This document shows positions 45,505 to 55,908 of a stretch of DNA of 61,868 nucleotides, piece by piece (the stretch's first letter is position 1; every line of letters starts with the position of its first letter). The notes under the pieces were generated by a model that saw only the letters and a program-made list of their open reading frames with translations, had not been told where the DNA came from and made no database searches. This DNA comes from Candidatus Atribacteria bacterium (GTDB lineage: Bacteria > Atribacterota > Atribacteria > Atribacterales > JASGLU01): positions 1 through 61,868 of the forward strand of contig JASGLU010000002.1 in the NCBI GenBank assembly GCA_030156825.1. Reading direction: 5' to 3'. Both the position numbers and the translations under genes were made by a program.

Positions 45505-47658
45505 ATGACGGTCAATAAGCTTAAAGTTAGTGTTTCTTCTTTTTTAGCTATTTTTTCAGTGTACCTTTTTTTAGCCCTGATTTCCTTGGATATGGGGGTG
45601 GTAGGTGCTCTTTTGGCCAACTTTTTCCTCCGTCTATTTGGTATCGGGGCTTACCTTTTACCCTTTATTCTGATCTACTTGGTTTTTGAAATTAACCTTT
45701 TTTTCTTCCCTCGACAGTTTAAGAGTTTAAGCCGGATAATCAGTGTTTCTATCTGGTTTCTGATCTTTCTGGTTCTCTCCCAAAGAAGTGCCGACCAAGG
45801 AGGGATAGCTCTCTCTACCGGTTATTTTGGAGGTATTGTGGGAAACTTCCTCTATCAAGAACTGAGTTACTTTGTGGGGGAGGTAGGGACTATTTTAATC
45901 CTGTTTACCCTTGGGTTTGTTGGTGTCTTCTTGGCCGGGGAAGGGAAAATTATTCGGAAATTCTACTATTGTTTAGAACGGATATTCGAGGAAGTTGCCT
46001 CCTCTTTATCCACTTTGTTTACCTCTATTCCAAAGAGAGCTAAGGAAAACCCAGTTAACGCTGTGTCTGAACAAGAACCTCCCTATTTGGAAGAAGTAAT
46101 GGCTTCTTTTGCGAAAGCCGATGGTAACTTAGAACAAACGTCTATCCCCTTGGATGTGGAAGAGAGTGATTTGGTATTTTCTCCTCCTTCTCCTCCCCAG
46201 GCTAAGGCAAAAAGTCGAAATAGCTCTTTTCGGAAAGCTAAGCCTGCTGCTCGTGGATCAGGCCAGTGGGTTTTACCTGATTCTCAACTGCTCCGTTTTT
46301 ATCCTTCAAAGAGAAAAAGAAAAAATGACTCAGAGATTGCCCAGAATATTGAAAAATTAGAAAAAACTTTGGATGAATTTCACGTTTCTGGTCGAGTAGT
46401 TAGCGTGCAAGTGGGTCCTAACATTACCCGCTATGAATTTCAACCGGCTCCCGGAATCAAAGTAAATAAAATTGTTAGCCTGTCTAACGATATTGCGTTG
46501 GCTTTTGCGGCAGCAGCGGTAAGAATAGAGGCTCCTATACCGGGGAAAGCAGCGGTAGGAATTGAGATTCCCAATCGGCATAAAGAGATAGTATCCTTAC
46601 GGGAGTTAATCGAAGTGAAAGAGTTTAAGGAGGACCCCTCTCCGCTGATGGTAGCTTTGGGGAAGGGAGTAAGTGGCGAACCGTTATTTTTTGACCTAAA
46701 AGACATGCCTCATCTTCTTATTGCGGGGGCTACCGGGTCGGGTAAAAGTGTTTGTATAAATTCTATTTTGGCCAGTTTGCTTTACCGTTCCACCCCCCAG
46801 AATCTTCGGATAGGATTGGTAGACCCTAAACGGGTGGAGCTATCGGTTTATTCCGGCTTACCTCATTTGTGTGCTCCAGTAATTTCCGAGGTAAAGTGGG
46901 TAGTAAAGTTTCTAAAGTGGGCTTGTCGAGAAATGGATAACCGCTATGAACTCTTGTCTGAATTCTCTGCCCGCAACCTGGAAGAGTATAATCAAATGGT
47001 TCAGCCGGAGGAAAGACTGCCATATCTGGTAATAATAATCGATGAGTTGGCCGATTTAATGATGACTGCTTCTTCTCAGATAGAAACCTATATTTGTCGT
47101 TTAGCCCAGATGGCCAGAGCGGTTGGGATTCATCTGGTGATTGCCACCCAGCGACCGTCGGTAGATGTGATTACTGGTTTGATAAAAGCTAATTTTCCCT
47201 CTCGGATAGCTTTTGCCGTTTCTTCCCAGGTTGATTCTAAAACCATTTTAGATGGTCCGGGGGCGGAAAAACTGTTGGGACATGGAGATTTGCTTTTCTC
47301 TCCGGTAGGGTCTACTAAGTCAATCAGGGGGCAGGGGGCTTTTGTCAGTACTGCTGAAACTAAAAAATTGGTGGCCTTTTGGGCTTCTCAAGAAGGGGAA
47401 AAGTACTATTCTTTAGAGTTTGTCCCTCAGGAGGAATCACCTTTGGAATTTTCCGCAGAAGAGGATGAATTGTACCAAGAAGCGGTTTCTACAGTAGTGA
47501 AAGCTGGTAAGGCTTCCACTTCTCTTCTACAACGGCGTCTTAGGATTGGTTTTAACCGGGCTGCTCGTCTGATTGAACGGATGGAACAAGATGGAATCGT
47601 AGGTCCCTATGAAGGAGGAAAGGCCAGGAAAGTAATAGTAAATCGAGAGGGGAAGTGA
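45505..47658 (+). CDS. ftsK: DNA translocase FtsK/SpoIIIE
   Basis: N-terminal TM helices, Walker A GATGSGKSV and the gamma winged-helix SLLQRRLRIGFNRAARLIERME. ATG 45505 avoids overlap with pnp. Confidence 0.93.
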   Translation: MTVNKLKVSVSSFLAIFSVYLFLALISLDMGVVGALLANFFLRLFGIGAYLLPFILIYLVFEINLFFFPRQFKSLSRIISVSIWFLIFLVLSQRSADQGGIALSTGYFGGIVGNFLYQELSYFVGEVGTILILFTLGFVGVFLAGEGKIIRKFYYCLERIFEEVASSLSTLFTSIPKRAKENPVNAVSEQEPPYLEEVMASFAKADGNLEQTSIPLDVEESDLVFSPPSPPQAKAKSRNSSFRKAKPAARGSGQWVLPDSQLLRFYPSKRKRKNDSEIAQNIEKLEKTLDEFHVSGRVVSVQVGPNITRYEFQPAPGIKVNKIVSLSNDIALAFAAAAVRIEAPIPGKAAVGIEIPNRHKEIVSLRELIEVKEFKEDPSPLMVALGKGVSGEPLFFDLKDMPHLLIAGATGSGKSVCINSILASLLYRSTPQNLRIGLVDPKRVELSVYSGLPHLCAPVISEVKWVVKFLKWACREMDNRYELLSEFSARNLEEYNQMVQPEERLPYLVIIIDELADLMMTASSQIETYICRLAQMARAVGIHLVIATQRPSVDVITGLIKANFPSRIAFAVSSQVDSKTILDGPGAEKLLGHGDLLFSPVGSTKSIRGQGAFVSTAETKKLVAFWASQEGEKYYSLEFVPQEESPLEFSAEEDELYQEAVSTVVKAGKASTSLLQRRLRIGFNRAARLIERMEQDGIVGPYEGGKARKVIVNREGK

Positions 47659-47661
47659 AAC

Positions 47662-48399
47662 ATGGACCTGGAATTGGCTCGTTCTCTGGGAGAAAAACTA
47701 AAAAATGTGCGGGAAGAGAAGGGGCTTCCTTTAAAAAAAATTGAGGAAGAAACTTTCATTTCCTTACGATATTTAAAAGCGCTGGAAGAAGGGCGATGGA
47801 ATGAATTACCGGGCAAAGCTTATATTTTAGGCTATATAAAGAAATACAGTCGCCTTTTGGATTTGGATGAAAATGAGATAGTGACTCAAGCCAAACAAGT
47901 TTTCACTGAAACTCGTCTATCTTCTAAGGACAAGGAAGAGACCGCTTCTTTATCTCTTCCTGCTGCTCGGCCTAAATCTCACTTTTTTCAGCGGATATTA
48001 ATTTACTTAGTGGTATTGGCTGCTTTTTTTGCTGTCCTTTTTGTTGTTTTTTCTTTACCTTCTTTTACTTCTATCCCTTCTTTTTCTCAACCGACTGAAA
48101 CCGAAGCCCCGACTGAACCGGTTGCTACCACTTCTTTACCTCAACCAGAGGAAACACCACAATTTGCTCTTCACTTACTTCTCCTGCCGGAAGATATGGC
48201 CTGGGTAGAAATTACCCATCAGACACAAACCGTGTTTCAGGGAGTGCTGGTTCCCGGTAAGCAATATCTGTTCAAAGCGAATACTCCGCTTACTTTGTCC
48301 GGGGTAAACGGTAGCCAGGTGAGGGTCCAGATTAACGGAGAAGACGCGGGATATCTATCAGTAGCAGAAGGGGATTTTTCTCGGACGATTAATCCATGA
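47662..48399 (+). CDS. RodZ-like protein (HTH + TM + DUF4115)
   Basis: N-terminal XRE-type HTH (LGEKLKNVREEKGLPLKKIEEETFISLRYLKALEEG), one TM segment and a C-terminal DUF4115-like beta domain. Confidence 0.75.
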   Translation: MDLELARSLGEKLKNVREEKGLPLKKIEEETFISLRYLKALEEGRWNELPGKAYILGYIKKYSRLLDLDENEIVTQAKQVFTETRLSSKDKEETASLSLPAARPKSHFFQRILIYLVVLAAFFAVLFVVFSLPSFTSIPSFSQPTETEAPTEPVATTSLPQPEETPQFALHLLLLPEDMAWVEITHQTQTVFQGVLVPGKQYLFKANTPLTLSGVNGSQVRVQINGEDAGYLSVAEGDFSRTINP

Positions 48400-49733
48400 G
48401 GAAGATTTTTTTCACCAGTTTAGGATGTGATAAAAACTTAGTTGATTCAGAAGTTGTTCTGGGTAACTTAGTAGTGGGAGGATATAACCATTTTTCTCCC
48501 CCGGAAGAAGCAGAGATTCTTATTCTGAATACCTGTGCTTTTATTGACTCTGCTTGTCGGGAAGCGGAAGAGTGGATCAAAAAATATATTTCCTGGAAAG
48601 AAAAAGATCCTGGTAAAAAAGTAGTGGTAATGGGGTGTTACCCTGAACGTTTCGGGCCAGAGGTTGCTTCTCGTTTTCCAGAGGTAGACTGGTGGGTGGG
48701 AGTTAACGATTTTTCGCGAATTGTTCAGATTTTGCAGAACCCTCAAAAGCGAGTCTGGATGGACTCACCCTGGTATTTGTACGATGAAGAATCCCCTCGA
48801 TTGATTACCGAGTCTCCTCATTATGCTTTTGTGAAAATAGCGGAGGGCTGCAATCGAAATTGCAGTTATTGCCTCATTCCCCAAATAAAAGGGCCGCTTC
48901 GCAGTCGAACTATTTCCTCGATAGAAAAAGAGATAGTTAATTTGCTGGAAGGAGGGACCAACGAAATTATTTTAGTGGCCCAGGACTTAGGTGCGTACGG
49001 GTTAGACCGATATGGGAAACCAGCCTTATCCCAGCTGCTTGCCCGGTTAGAAAAAATCGTTCCTGCTGGTCGCTGGGTTCGATTACTTTACCTTTCTCCT
49101 GAACACTTGGATTGGGAACTGATAGAGACAATTGCCCAAGTCAAAAGTGTGGTGCACTACCTCGATCTCCCTCTACAGCACGTGAATCCTGTTATCCTTC
49201 AAAAAATGAACCGTCGGTATCGGCTACCGGAGATCCGAAAAAAACTGGAAAGAATGAGGCTCTTACTTCCGGATATAGTTATTCGCACCACTTTCCTGGT
49301 AGGATTTCCGGGAGAAGACCAGAAGTCTTTTCAAGAACTATTAAGTTTTGTTCAAGACTTTGCTTTTGAAAGGATGGGGGCTTTTATTTATTCCGACGAA
49401 CCAGGTTCCCAGTCAGCCCGATTACAACCCAAAGTTCCTCTGTCAGTTGCTCAGGACAGGTTTGATTTGCTTATGGAAACCCAACAAAAAATCATGGACC
49501 GTTTTCATCAGAGTTTAGTGGGGAAAGAAATATTTGCTATTATAGATCAGATTCTTCCTGAAAACAGCACCCCTGCTGGCGGTTGTTTTTTAGGACGTAC
49601 TTATGGAGATGCCCCTGAAGTAGATGCTCAAATAAAGATTTTTCCTGGAGACGAAAAACTAAATTTAGGACAGATAGTAAAAGTAAAAGTAACCAAAGCG
49701 GAAACTTTTTGTCTGGAGGGCAAAACAATATGA
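48396..49733 (+). CDS. rimO: Ribosomal protein S12 methylthiotransferase
   Basis: MTTase N-domain, radical-SAM CNRNCSYC within KIAEGCNRNCSYCLIPQIKG, and a TRAM domain. Confidence 0.88.
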   Translation: MRKIFFTSLGCDKNLVDSEVVLGNLVVGGYNHFSPPEEAEILILNTCAFIDSACREAEEWIKKYISWKEKDPGKKVVVMGCYPERFGPEVASRFPEVDWWVGVNDFSRIVQILQNPQKRVWMDSPWYLYDEESPRLITESPHYAFVKIAEGCNRNCSYCLIPQIKGPLRSRTISSIEKEIVNLLEGGTNEIILVAQDLGAYGLDRYGKPALSQLLARLEKIVPAGRWVRLLYLSPEHLDWELIETIAQVKSVVHYLDLPLQHVNPVILQKMNRRYRLPEIRKKLERMRLLLPDIVIRTTFLVGFPGEDQKSFQELLSFVQDFAFERMGAFIYSDEPGSQSARLQPKVPLSVAQDRFDLLMETQQKIMDRFHQSLVGKEIFAIIDQILPENSTPAGGCFLGRTYGDAPEVDAQIKIFPGDEKLNLGQIVKVKVTKAETFCLEGKTI

Positions 49734-50986
49734 AAGCAGCTATTATTTGTGTAGGAACTGAATTAGTAAGTGGATTGGTCCAGGATAAAAATGCTTTTTA
49801 TCTTTCTCATAATTTAGTGGCCGAGAAAATAATCCCTCAGCTGATTCTATTTGTTCCTGACCAAAAAGAAACTATAATTCAATCTTTACAATTTGCATTT
49901 GCGCAACCGGAAGTTCAACTGGTAATTGTTTCGGGAGGATTGGGTCCTACCGAAGACGATCTAACCCGGGAAGCGATAGCTGAATTTGTTCAAAAGCCTT
50001 TAGTGTTTGTCACTGAAGCCTGGGAAAGGATCTGCTCCTTTTACCAGAAAATTAGGGGAGTAGCTCCACCTCCCAACAATGAAAGACAGGCTTATTTTCC
50101 AGAAGGAGCCACTATTTTGTATAATCAAATGGGAACTGCTCCTGCTTTTAAAGTGGATTTTAAAGATAAAAGAATATATGTTATTCCCGGGGTACCTCAA
50201 GAAGCCAATTTTTTCTGGGAAAAGATAAAAGCAGAAATTCAACCCGAGGCCTCCTCTTTTTACCGAACTAAAATTATAAAGCTGATTGGTATTGGAGAAT
50301 CAGATTTAGAACAAAAAATCAAGCCTTTTCTTTCTCCCCTTCCTCCTAAGTTAAAGCCGGCTTTTCTTCCGCGGGATGGAGAAATCTGGTTTTATATATC
50401 CGGTGATTCCGTAGCCCCGGAAGAAGAAAAAGTTGCGCTTTCGGTGATAGCCAGGTTGGAGCAAGAACTTAAAAAATACCTATTTTCTTCTTATGGTAAC
50501 AGTCCGGAAGAGGCGGTAGGAAATCTTTTACTTCGGCTTAATGCCCGGTTAGCGGTTGCCGAATCTTGCTCTGGAGGTCTTTTGGGACACAGGATAACCA
50601 ACGTTCCTGGAAGCTCAAATTATTTTGAGCGAGGGTTAATTGTGTATAGCAATCAATCTAAGGAGGAAGAACTGGCTATTCCTCAGGGCGTATTATCCCG
50701 GGAAGGGGCAGTAAGCGAAGTAGTAGCCCGGCTTTTAGCTGAGAATATCAGGAAAAAGGCAAAGACTGATTATGGAATAGGAATAACCGGTATTGCCGGA
50801 CCCACTGGTGCCACCCCCCAAAAACCGGTAGGTCTGGTTTATATCGGCTTAGCCGATTCACAAACCACCCGAGTTGAGCGCTTTCAATTTATGGGAGATA
50901 GGGAAACCGTGAAAAAAAGAACCACTCAGTCGGCTCTTTTTATGTTATTTTCCCTTCTAAGAGAGAAGATAGAAAATGGATTCTGA
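49730..50986 (+). CDS. cinA: CinA-family protein (MoCF-binding domain + NMN deamidase PncC domain)
   Basis: MKAAIICVGTELVSG opening and a C-terminal LAVAESCSGGLLG motif. The start overlaps the rimO stop (ATGA). Confidence 0.9.
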   Translation: MKAAIICVGTELVSGLVQDKNAFYLSHNLVAEKIIPQLILFVPDQKETIIQSLQFAFAQPEVQLVIVSGGLGPTEDDLTREAIAEFVQKPLVFVTEAWERICSFYQKIRGVAPPPNNERQAYFPEGATILYNQMGTAPAFKVDFKDKRIYVIPGVPQEANFFWEKIKAEIQPEASSFYRTKIIKLIGIGESDLEQKIKPFLSPLPPKLKPAFLPRDGEIWFYISGDSVAPEEEKVALSVIARLEQELKKYLFSSYGNSPEEAVGNLLLRLNARLAVAESCSGGLLGHRITNVPGSSNYFERGLIVYSNQSKEEELAIPQGVLSREGAVSEVVARLLAENIRKKAKTDYGIGITGIAGPTGATPQKPVGLVYIGLADSQTTRVERFQFMGDRETVKKRTTQSALFMLFSLLREKIENGF

Positions 50987-51560
50987 AAAAATTCGTTGTT
51001 TCGTGGCTTTCCCTTTTTCTGAAGAGAGCAAATGCTTTTTAGAAAAAGTAATCAAAAAACTTAAACCATCTGTGTCCAATGTCAAGTGGGTAAAAAGAGA
51101 GCAAATGCACCTTACCCTCCACTTTTTCTCCGCTCTTTCCTTAGAAGAAGTGAGAGAAGTCTCTCAAATAGTGGATAAAGTCAGCCAGCGGTTTTCTTCC
51201 TTTCCGATTGAGTTAGAAAACTTGGGGGTGTTTCCGTCTTGGAATAAAGTCCGGGTGATATGGGTGGGGCTTAACCCAGAAGGGAAGAAAAAAGTAGAAG
51301 AGGTTTTCCTTGCCCTGGAGGAGGAATTGGGGAAACTGGGCTTTTCCCAGGAAAATAGGAAAATTACCCCTCATATCACTTTGGCGCGAAGTCGGGATCC
51401 ATTTTCGGTTGCTGCTGACTCCTGGGAGCTATCTCAACCGTTTCCTACTGAACTAACCGAGCTGGCCTTTATCAAAAGTGTTCTTACCCCCCGGGGCCCC
51501 CTTTACCAGCCTTTGGGCTCTTTTTCTTTAGGAGGTTCCGGTAATCGATTGTCTGAATGA
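50976..51560 (+). CDS. thpR: RNA 2',3'-cyclic phosphodiesterase (2H family, LigT/ThpR)
   Basis: Two HxT/S motifs: HLTLHF and HITLAR. Confidence 0.88.
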   Translation: MDSEKIRCFVAFPFSEESKCFLEKVIKKLKPSVSNVKWVKREQMHLTLHFFSALSLEEVREVSQIVDKVSQRFSSFPIELENLGVFPSWNKVRVIWVGLNPEGKKKVEEVFLALEEELGKLGFSQENRKITPHITLARSRDPFSVAADSWELSQPFPTELTELAFIKSVLTPRGPLYQPLGSFSLGGSGNRLSE

Positions 51561-51654
51561 ATGGAATAATTTATTATATTTCGGTACAATAGTTAAAAAT
51601 TAGTGGAAACCTACCTGGTATTTTAACCGTTTAAAACGGGAAGAGGTGAATTTT

Positions 51655-52689
51655 TTGAGTACCAGAGAAGAAATGATCAAACAGGCTATGACTGCCATAG
51701 AGAAAAAATACGGTAAAGGTTCAATTATGTATTTGGACCAAAGAGGGGTAGCTACCGATGTAGAAGTGATTAAAACCGGGTCAATTTTGTTAAATATTGC
51801 CCTGGGAGTGGGTGGTCTCCCTCGGGGAAGGGTGGTAGAAATTTTTGGTCCGGAAGCTTCTGGAAAAACTACTATTGCTCTGCATGCGGTGGCTGAGTCT
51901 CAAAAAAGTGGAGGAGTAGCCGCTTTTGTGGATGCCGAACATGCGCTCGATCCTTCTTATGCTAACAAAATAGGAGTACAAACTGACAAGCTGATTATAT
52001 CTCAGCCCAGTACGGCAGAAGAGGCACTGGATATTGTAGACACTCTGGTCCGGAGCGGGGGAGTGGATATAGTGGTGTTGGATTCGGTGGCGGCTTTGGT
52101 TCCCCGGGCAGAGCTGGAAGGAGGAATTGGGGATCCATCGGTAGGGTTACAAGCCCGGCTTATGTCCCAAGCTTTGCGGATGTTAACCGGTTATATCAGC
52201 AAAACCAAGACAGTGGCTATTTTTGTCAACCAACTGAGGGAAAAAATTGGTATGGGTTATGGCTATGGTCCTTCGGAAACTACGCCGGGAGGAAGAGCCC
52301 TCAAGTTTTATGCCAGTGTTCGCTTGGATGTTCGTAAACGGGAGTTTTTACGAGACGGAGATCAAATCACCGGCACTAAAACCAGAGTTAAGGTGGTAAA
52401 AAACAAAGTAGCTCCCCCTTTCAGAGAAGTGGAAGTAGAACTCGTCTATGGAGAGGGAATTTCTAAAGAATCTGAGATTATCGAGCTGGGAGAGCAGGCT
52501 AAAATAATAAAAAAATCGGGGAGCTGGTTTTCTTTTGAAGATTACCGGTTAGGCCAGGGGAGGGCCAATGCCTGTCAATTTTTGAAAGAACATCCAGAAG
52601 TAGAGGAGAAAATTCTATTCTCTGCTTTAGAAAAGTTAGGGATAGACCCAAAAATTGCTATTGGCCAAAGCCAAAATGAATCAAAGTAG
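51655..52689 (+). CDS. recA: Recombinase A
   Basis: KKYGKGSIM, Walker [10 protein letters not shown] and L1/L2 regions. TTG 51655 lies 6 nt after GGAAGAGGTG; the ORF-track start is 51646. Confidence 0.95.
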   Translation: MSTREEMIKQAMTAIEKKYGKGSIMYLDQRGVATDVEVIKTGSILLNIALGVGGLPRGRVVEIFGPEASGKTTIALHAVAESQKSGGVAAFVDAEHALDPSYANKIGVQTDKLIISQPSTAEEALDIVDTLVRSGGVDIVVLDSVAALVPRAELEGGIGDPSVGLQARLMSQALRMLTGYISKTKTVAIFVNQLREKIGMGYGYGPSETTPGGRALKFYASVRLDVRKREFLRDGDQITGTKTRVKVVKNKVAPPFREVEVELVYGEGISKESEIIELGEQAKIIKKSGSWFSFEDYRLGQGRANACQFLKEHPEVEEKILFSALEKLGIDPKIAIGQSQNESK

Positions 52690-53131
52690 GTCTGCTTATC
52701 AAAAAGCCATTAAATATTTAGGTCGCCGATGGTATACCAATTATGAACTTTGTCAGAAACTTTCCAAAGCTGGCTTTTCCCAGGGAGAAATAGCCGAGGT
52801 AGTTGAAACTTTAACCGAACAAGGTTATCTAAACGATGCCCGATATGTTCAACTTTATATAGAAGAAAAGAGGGCAACCAATCCTAAGGGGAAAAAGTGG
52901 TTGCAGGCAGAGTTTAAGAAAAAAGGAATTCCTCCTGAGCTTATTTTTCAGTATCTGGAAAAGTACTATCCCCCGGAAAAAGAGGAAGAAGATGTTGGTC
53001 GATTGGCTCGGACCTGGTTACAACGGGGAGAAAAGAGGGAAAAAATTGTTTCCCGGCTTTTAAGAAGAGGGTTTGACTGGCCTCTTATTCAGAGAGTCTG
53101 GGCTCAGATAGAGGAGGAATTCCGTTCTTGA
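52676..53131 (+). CDS. recX: Recombination regulator RecX
   Basis: RecX-like helical repeats ([22 protein letters not shown]...LNDARY), directly after recA. Confidence 0.85.
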   Translation: MNQSRSAYQKAIKYLGRRWYTNYELCQKLSKAGFSQGEIAEVVETLTEQGYLNDARYVQLYIEEKRATNPKGKKWLQAEFKKKGIPPELIFQYLEKYYPPEKEEEDVGRLARTWLQRGEKREKIVSRLLRRGFDWPLIQRVWAQIEEEFRS

Positions 53132-53211
53132 CTTGTAGTTTAACCGCTATTAGAATTATTTTCACGCTGTAAGAACGTACTTTGAAAAGTAAATAAGGGG
53201 TGAATCCAGAA

Positions 53212-54741
53212 ATGGAGTTAATATATATATTACTGGCTATAGCAGGAGGGTTGGGAGCAGGGTTTTTACTGCGTACCCTGCAAACTAAGTTAGGATTAGA
53301 CCGGGCAAAAGAAGAAGCGCAAGAGATTATTGGTAAAGCCAAGGAAGAGGCAGAAACGGCCAGACGAGAGGCTTTAATTTCAGCTAAGGAGGAAATCTTA
53401 AAAGAACGGCAAGCGCTGGAACAGGAAATAAACCGCAAGAAAAAAGAGCTGGAAAATTTGGAGCTTCGGCTTTTGCGGCGAGAAGAAACTTTAGAGCGTA
53501 GATTAGACCAGTTAGAGCAAAAAGAGGCAAGCTTGCAAAAAATTAAAGAGGAATCGGAAAGAGCTAAAAGACAGATAGATGAGCTCAAACAACAAGCGGA
53601 AAAAGAACTGCAAAAGGTGGCAGCGATGACCGAAGAAGAAGCCCGGGAACAACTTTTAGAGAAAGTGGAAAAAACTTTAGAATATGAGGTGGGCATGAAA
53701 ATAAAAGAAGCAGAAACCCAGGCCAAAAAGGAATCAGAAAGAGTGGCCCGAGAAATTGTGGCCGGGGCCATTCAAAGGTATGCGGCTGAATTTACTACTG
53801 AACACACAGTTTCGGTGGTTAGTCTCCCTAATGATGAAATGAAAGGTAGAATTATTGGCCGGGAAGGAAGGAATATCCGTACTTTTGAGCTGGTAACCGG
53901 AGTGGATTTGATTATTGATGATACTCCAGAAGCGGTAATTATTTCTTCTTTCGATCCTATCCGGCGGGAGATTGCCCGGATTGCTCTGGAGAAACTGATT
54001 TTGGATGGGAGAATCCATCCGGCTCGCATTGAAGAATTGATAGAGAAAGCGAAAGTGCAAGTTGAAGAGAAAATTTTGCAAGAAGGAGAACAGGCCCTGT
54101 TTGATACCGGAGTAAAAAATATAAATCCGGAACTGGTTAAATATTTGGGGAAACTTTATTTTCGAACCAGCTATGGCCAAAATGTGTTACAACATTCTAA
54201 AGAGGTGGCTTATTTTGCCGGGATGATGGCGGCTGAGTTAGGGGGCAACGCTACTTTAGCCAGAAGGGCCGGTCTTTTGCATGATATTGGAAAAGCGATA
54301 GACCATGATGTGGAAGGATCTCATGCCCAAATCGGAGCCGAATTGGCCAGTCGTTACCAAGAAAAACCGGAGATAATTCACGCGATCGAAGCTCACCATG
54401 AGGAGGTGGAGGCTCGGACTCTGGAGGCAGCACTGGTACAGGCGGCTGACGCTATTTCTGCTTCTCGCCCGGGAGCTCGCCGAGAGAGTATTGAAGCTTA
54501 TATTAAGCGTTTAGAACAGTTGGAAAAAATAGCCAATTCTTTTGAAGGGGTAGAAAAGTCGTATGCTATTCAGGCGGGGAGAGAGGTTAGGATTATAGTT
54601 AAGCCGGAAAAGATTGATGATGTACTTTCGGCTAAATTGGCCCGGGAAGTAGTAAACAAGGTAGAGAAGGAATTGGAATATCCGGGTCAAATCAAGATTA
54701 CCGTAATTCGGGAGACCAGAGCGGTAGAATATGCCAAATAA
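53212..54741 (+). CDS. rny: Ribonuclease Y
   Basis: N-terminal TM helix, a K/E-rich coiled coil, a KH domain ([15 protein letters not shown]) and an HD domain (LLHDIGKA). GTG 53200 is an alternative start. Confidence 0.95.
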   Translation: MELIYILLAIAGGLGAGFLLRTLQTKLGLDRAKEEAQEIIGKAKEEAETARREALISAKEEILKERQALEQEINRKKKELENLELRLLRREETLERRLDQLEQKEASLQKIKEESERAKRQIDELKQQAEKELQKVAAMTEEEAREQLLEKVEKTLEYEVGMKIKEAETQAKKESERVAREIVAGAIQRYAAEFTTEHTVSVVSLPNDEMKGRIIGREGRNIRTFELVTGVDLIIDDTPEAVIISSFDPIRREIARIALEKLILDGRIHPARIEELIEKAKVQVEEKILQEGEQALFDTGVKNINPELVKYLGKLYFRTSYGQNVLQHSKEVAYFAGMMAAELGGNATLARRAGLLHDIGKAIDHDVEGSHAQIGAELASRYQEKPEIIHAIEAHHEEVEARTLEAALVQAADAISASRPGARRESIEAYIKRLEQLEKIANSFEGVEKSYAIQAGREVRIIVKPEKIDDVLSAKLAREVVNKVEKELEYPGQIKITVIRETRAVEYAK

Positions 54742-54756
54742 GGAGAGAAAACTTAA

Positions 54757-55530
54757 TTGAGATTTTTGGTTATAGGAGATATAGTAGGTAAACCAGGAAG
54801 AAAGATTTTGAAAGAAAAATTGGGGGAACTTAAGGCTAATTTTTCTCCCCAGGCAGTAATAGTAAATGGAGAAAATGCAGCCGGGGGGTTTGGTTTGACT
54901 CCCCCAGTTTGTGAAGAAATTCTATCCTTAGGGGTGGATGTAGTTACCAGCGGGAATCACATCTGGGATAAAAAAGAGGTTATTCCTTATCTGGATGAAC
55001 AAAGTTGTCTTTTAAGACCACTTAATTATCCACCCACAGTTCCCGGCCGAGGCACGGTAGTTATGACCACCAATCGAATCCAATGGGCAGTAATCAATTT
55101 GAGCGGAAGAGTTTTTATGCCTACCCTGGACTGTCCTTTCCAGCGAATCGAGCAGGAGTTAAAAAACGTTAGAGAAGTAACCCCTATCATTTTGATCGAC
55201 TTTCATGCTGAAGCTACTTCGGAGAAAATTGCTCTGGGGCGCTTTTTAGATGGCCGAGTTTCATGTGTCTTTGGGACACATACCCATGTAGCTACGGCTG
55301 ATTCTCAAATTCTTCCTGGTGGTACAGCGTATATTACCGATTTGGGGATGACCGGTTCTCAGGATTCCGTAATCGGTATGGAAATAGAAGGTATCCTCCA
55401 TCGATTTTTGACTCAGATGCCTACTAAGTTTAAAGTAGCTCGAGGAAATTGTTGGCTAAATGGGATTGTATTGGAGGTAGATGATGCTACCGGAAAAGCG
55501 ACGGATATTATACAAGTTTCCGTCTCTTAG
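54757..55530 (+). CDS. ymdB: YmdB-family 2',3'-cyclic-nucleotide phosphodiesterase (TIGR00282-like metallophosphoesterase)
   Basis: (M)RFLVIGDIVGKPGR, NGENAAGG and DFHAEATSEK motifs, in the conserved position after rny. Confidence 0.9.
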   Translation: MRFLVIGDIVGKPGRKILKEKLGELKANFSPQAVIVNGENAAGGFGLTPPVCEEILSLGVDVVTSGNHIWDKKEVIPYLDEQSCLLRPLNYPPTVPGRGTVVMTTNRIQWAVINLSGRVFMPTLDCPFQRIEQELKNVREVTPIILIDFHAEATSEKIALGRFLDGRVSCVFGTHTHVATADSQILPGGTAYITDLGMTGSQDSVIGMEIEGILHRFLTQMPTKFKVARGNCWLNGIVLEVDDATGKATDIIQVSVS

Positions 55531-55581
55531 TTTAGAAACAGGGAAGTCAAATTTTTAATAACTTTACAGGAGGAGTAACCC

Positions 55582-55848
55582 ATGGATGTTCTAAAAGTTT
55601 CGTCAAGATCTAACCCCAATGCGGTAGCTGGTGCTTTAGCCGGATCAATTCGGGAAAAAGGAGTGGCTGAAATCCAGGCAGTAGGAGCCGGGGCAGTTAA
55701 CCAAGCGATAAAAGCAATAGCTATTGCTCGCGGCTATATTGCTCCCAGTGGAATTGATTTGGTTTGTATTCCCGCTTTCACTGATATCAATATCGATGGA
55801 GAAGAACGAACGGCTATCAAACTGGTAGTAAAACCTAGAAGTGCTTGA
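55582..55848 (+). CDS. spoVS: SpoVS-family protein
   Basis: MDVLKVSSRSNPNAVAGALAG...AVGAGAVNQAIKAIAIARGY closely resembles SpoVS over the full length. Confidence 0.92.
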   Translation: MDVLKVSSRSNPNAVAGALAGSIREKGVAEIQAVGAGAVNQAIKAIAIARGYIAPSGIDLVCIPAFTDINIDGEERTAIKLVVKPRSA

Positions 55849-55908
55849 AAAGGAGGTATTACGTACCTCTTACTGAGTAGAAAGTAAGCCAGGTTATTAT
55901 TTCAACTT

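Noticed and set aside
51561-51654. A LexA/SOS box upstream of recA.
   Set aside because: No CGAAC-N4-GTTCG or other clear palindrome is present. Only a short CCGTTT/AAACGG hairpin is seen, which is not enough to call a site.
53085-53771. A 228-aa minus-strand ORF rich in Ser/Ala/Cys, spanning the recX end, the intergenic gap and the rny 5' region.
   Set aside because: It is the antisense reading of the K/E-rich coiled coil of RNase Y, where GAA/AAG repeats read as TTC/CTT. It is low-complexity and has no start context. The + strand genes are unambiguous.
55855-55871. A terminator after spoVS (GAGGTA-TTACG-TACCTC).
   Set aside because: The stem is only 6 bp with no following T-tract, and it overlaps an AGGAGG-like sequence. 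This is too weak to annotate.
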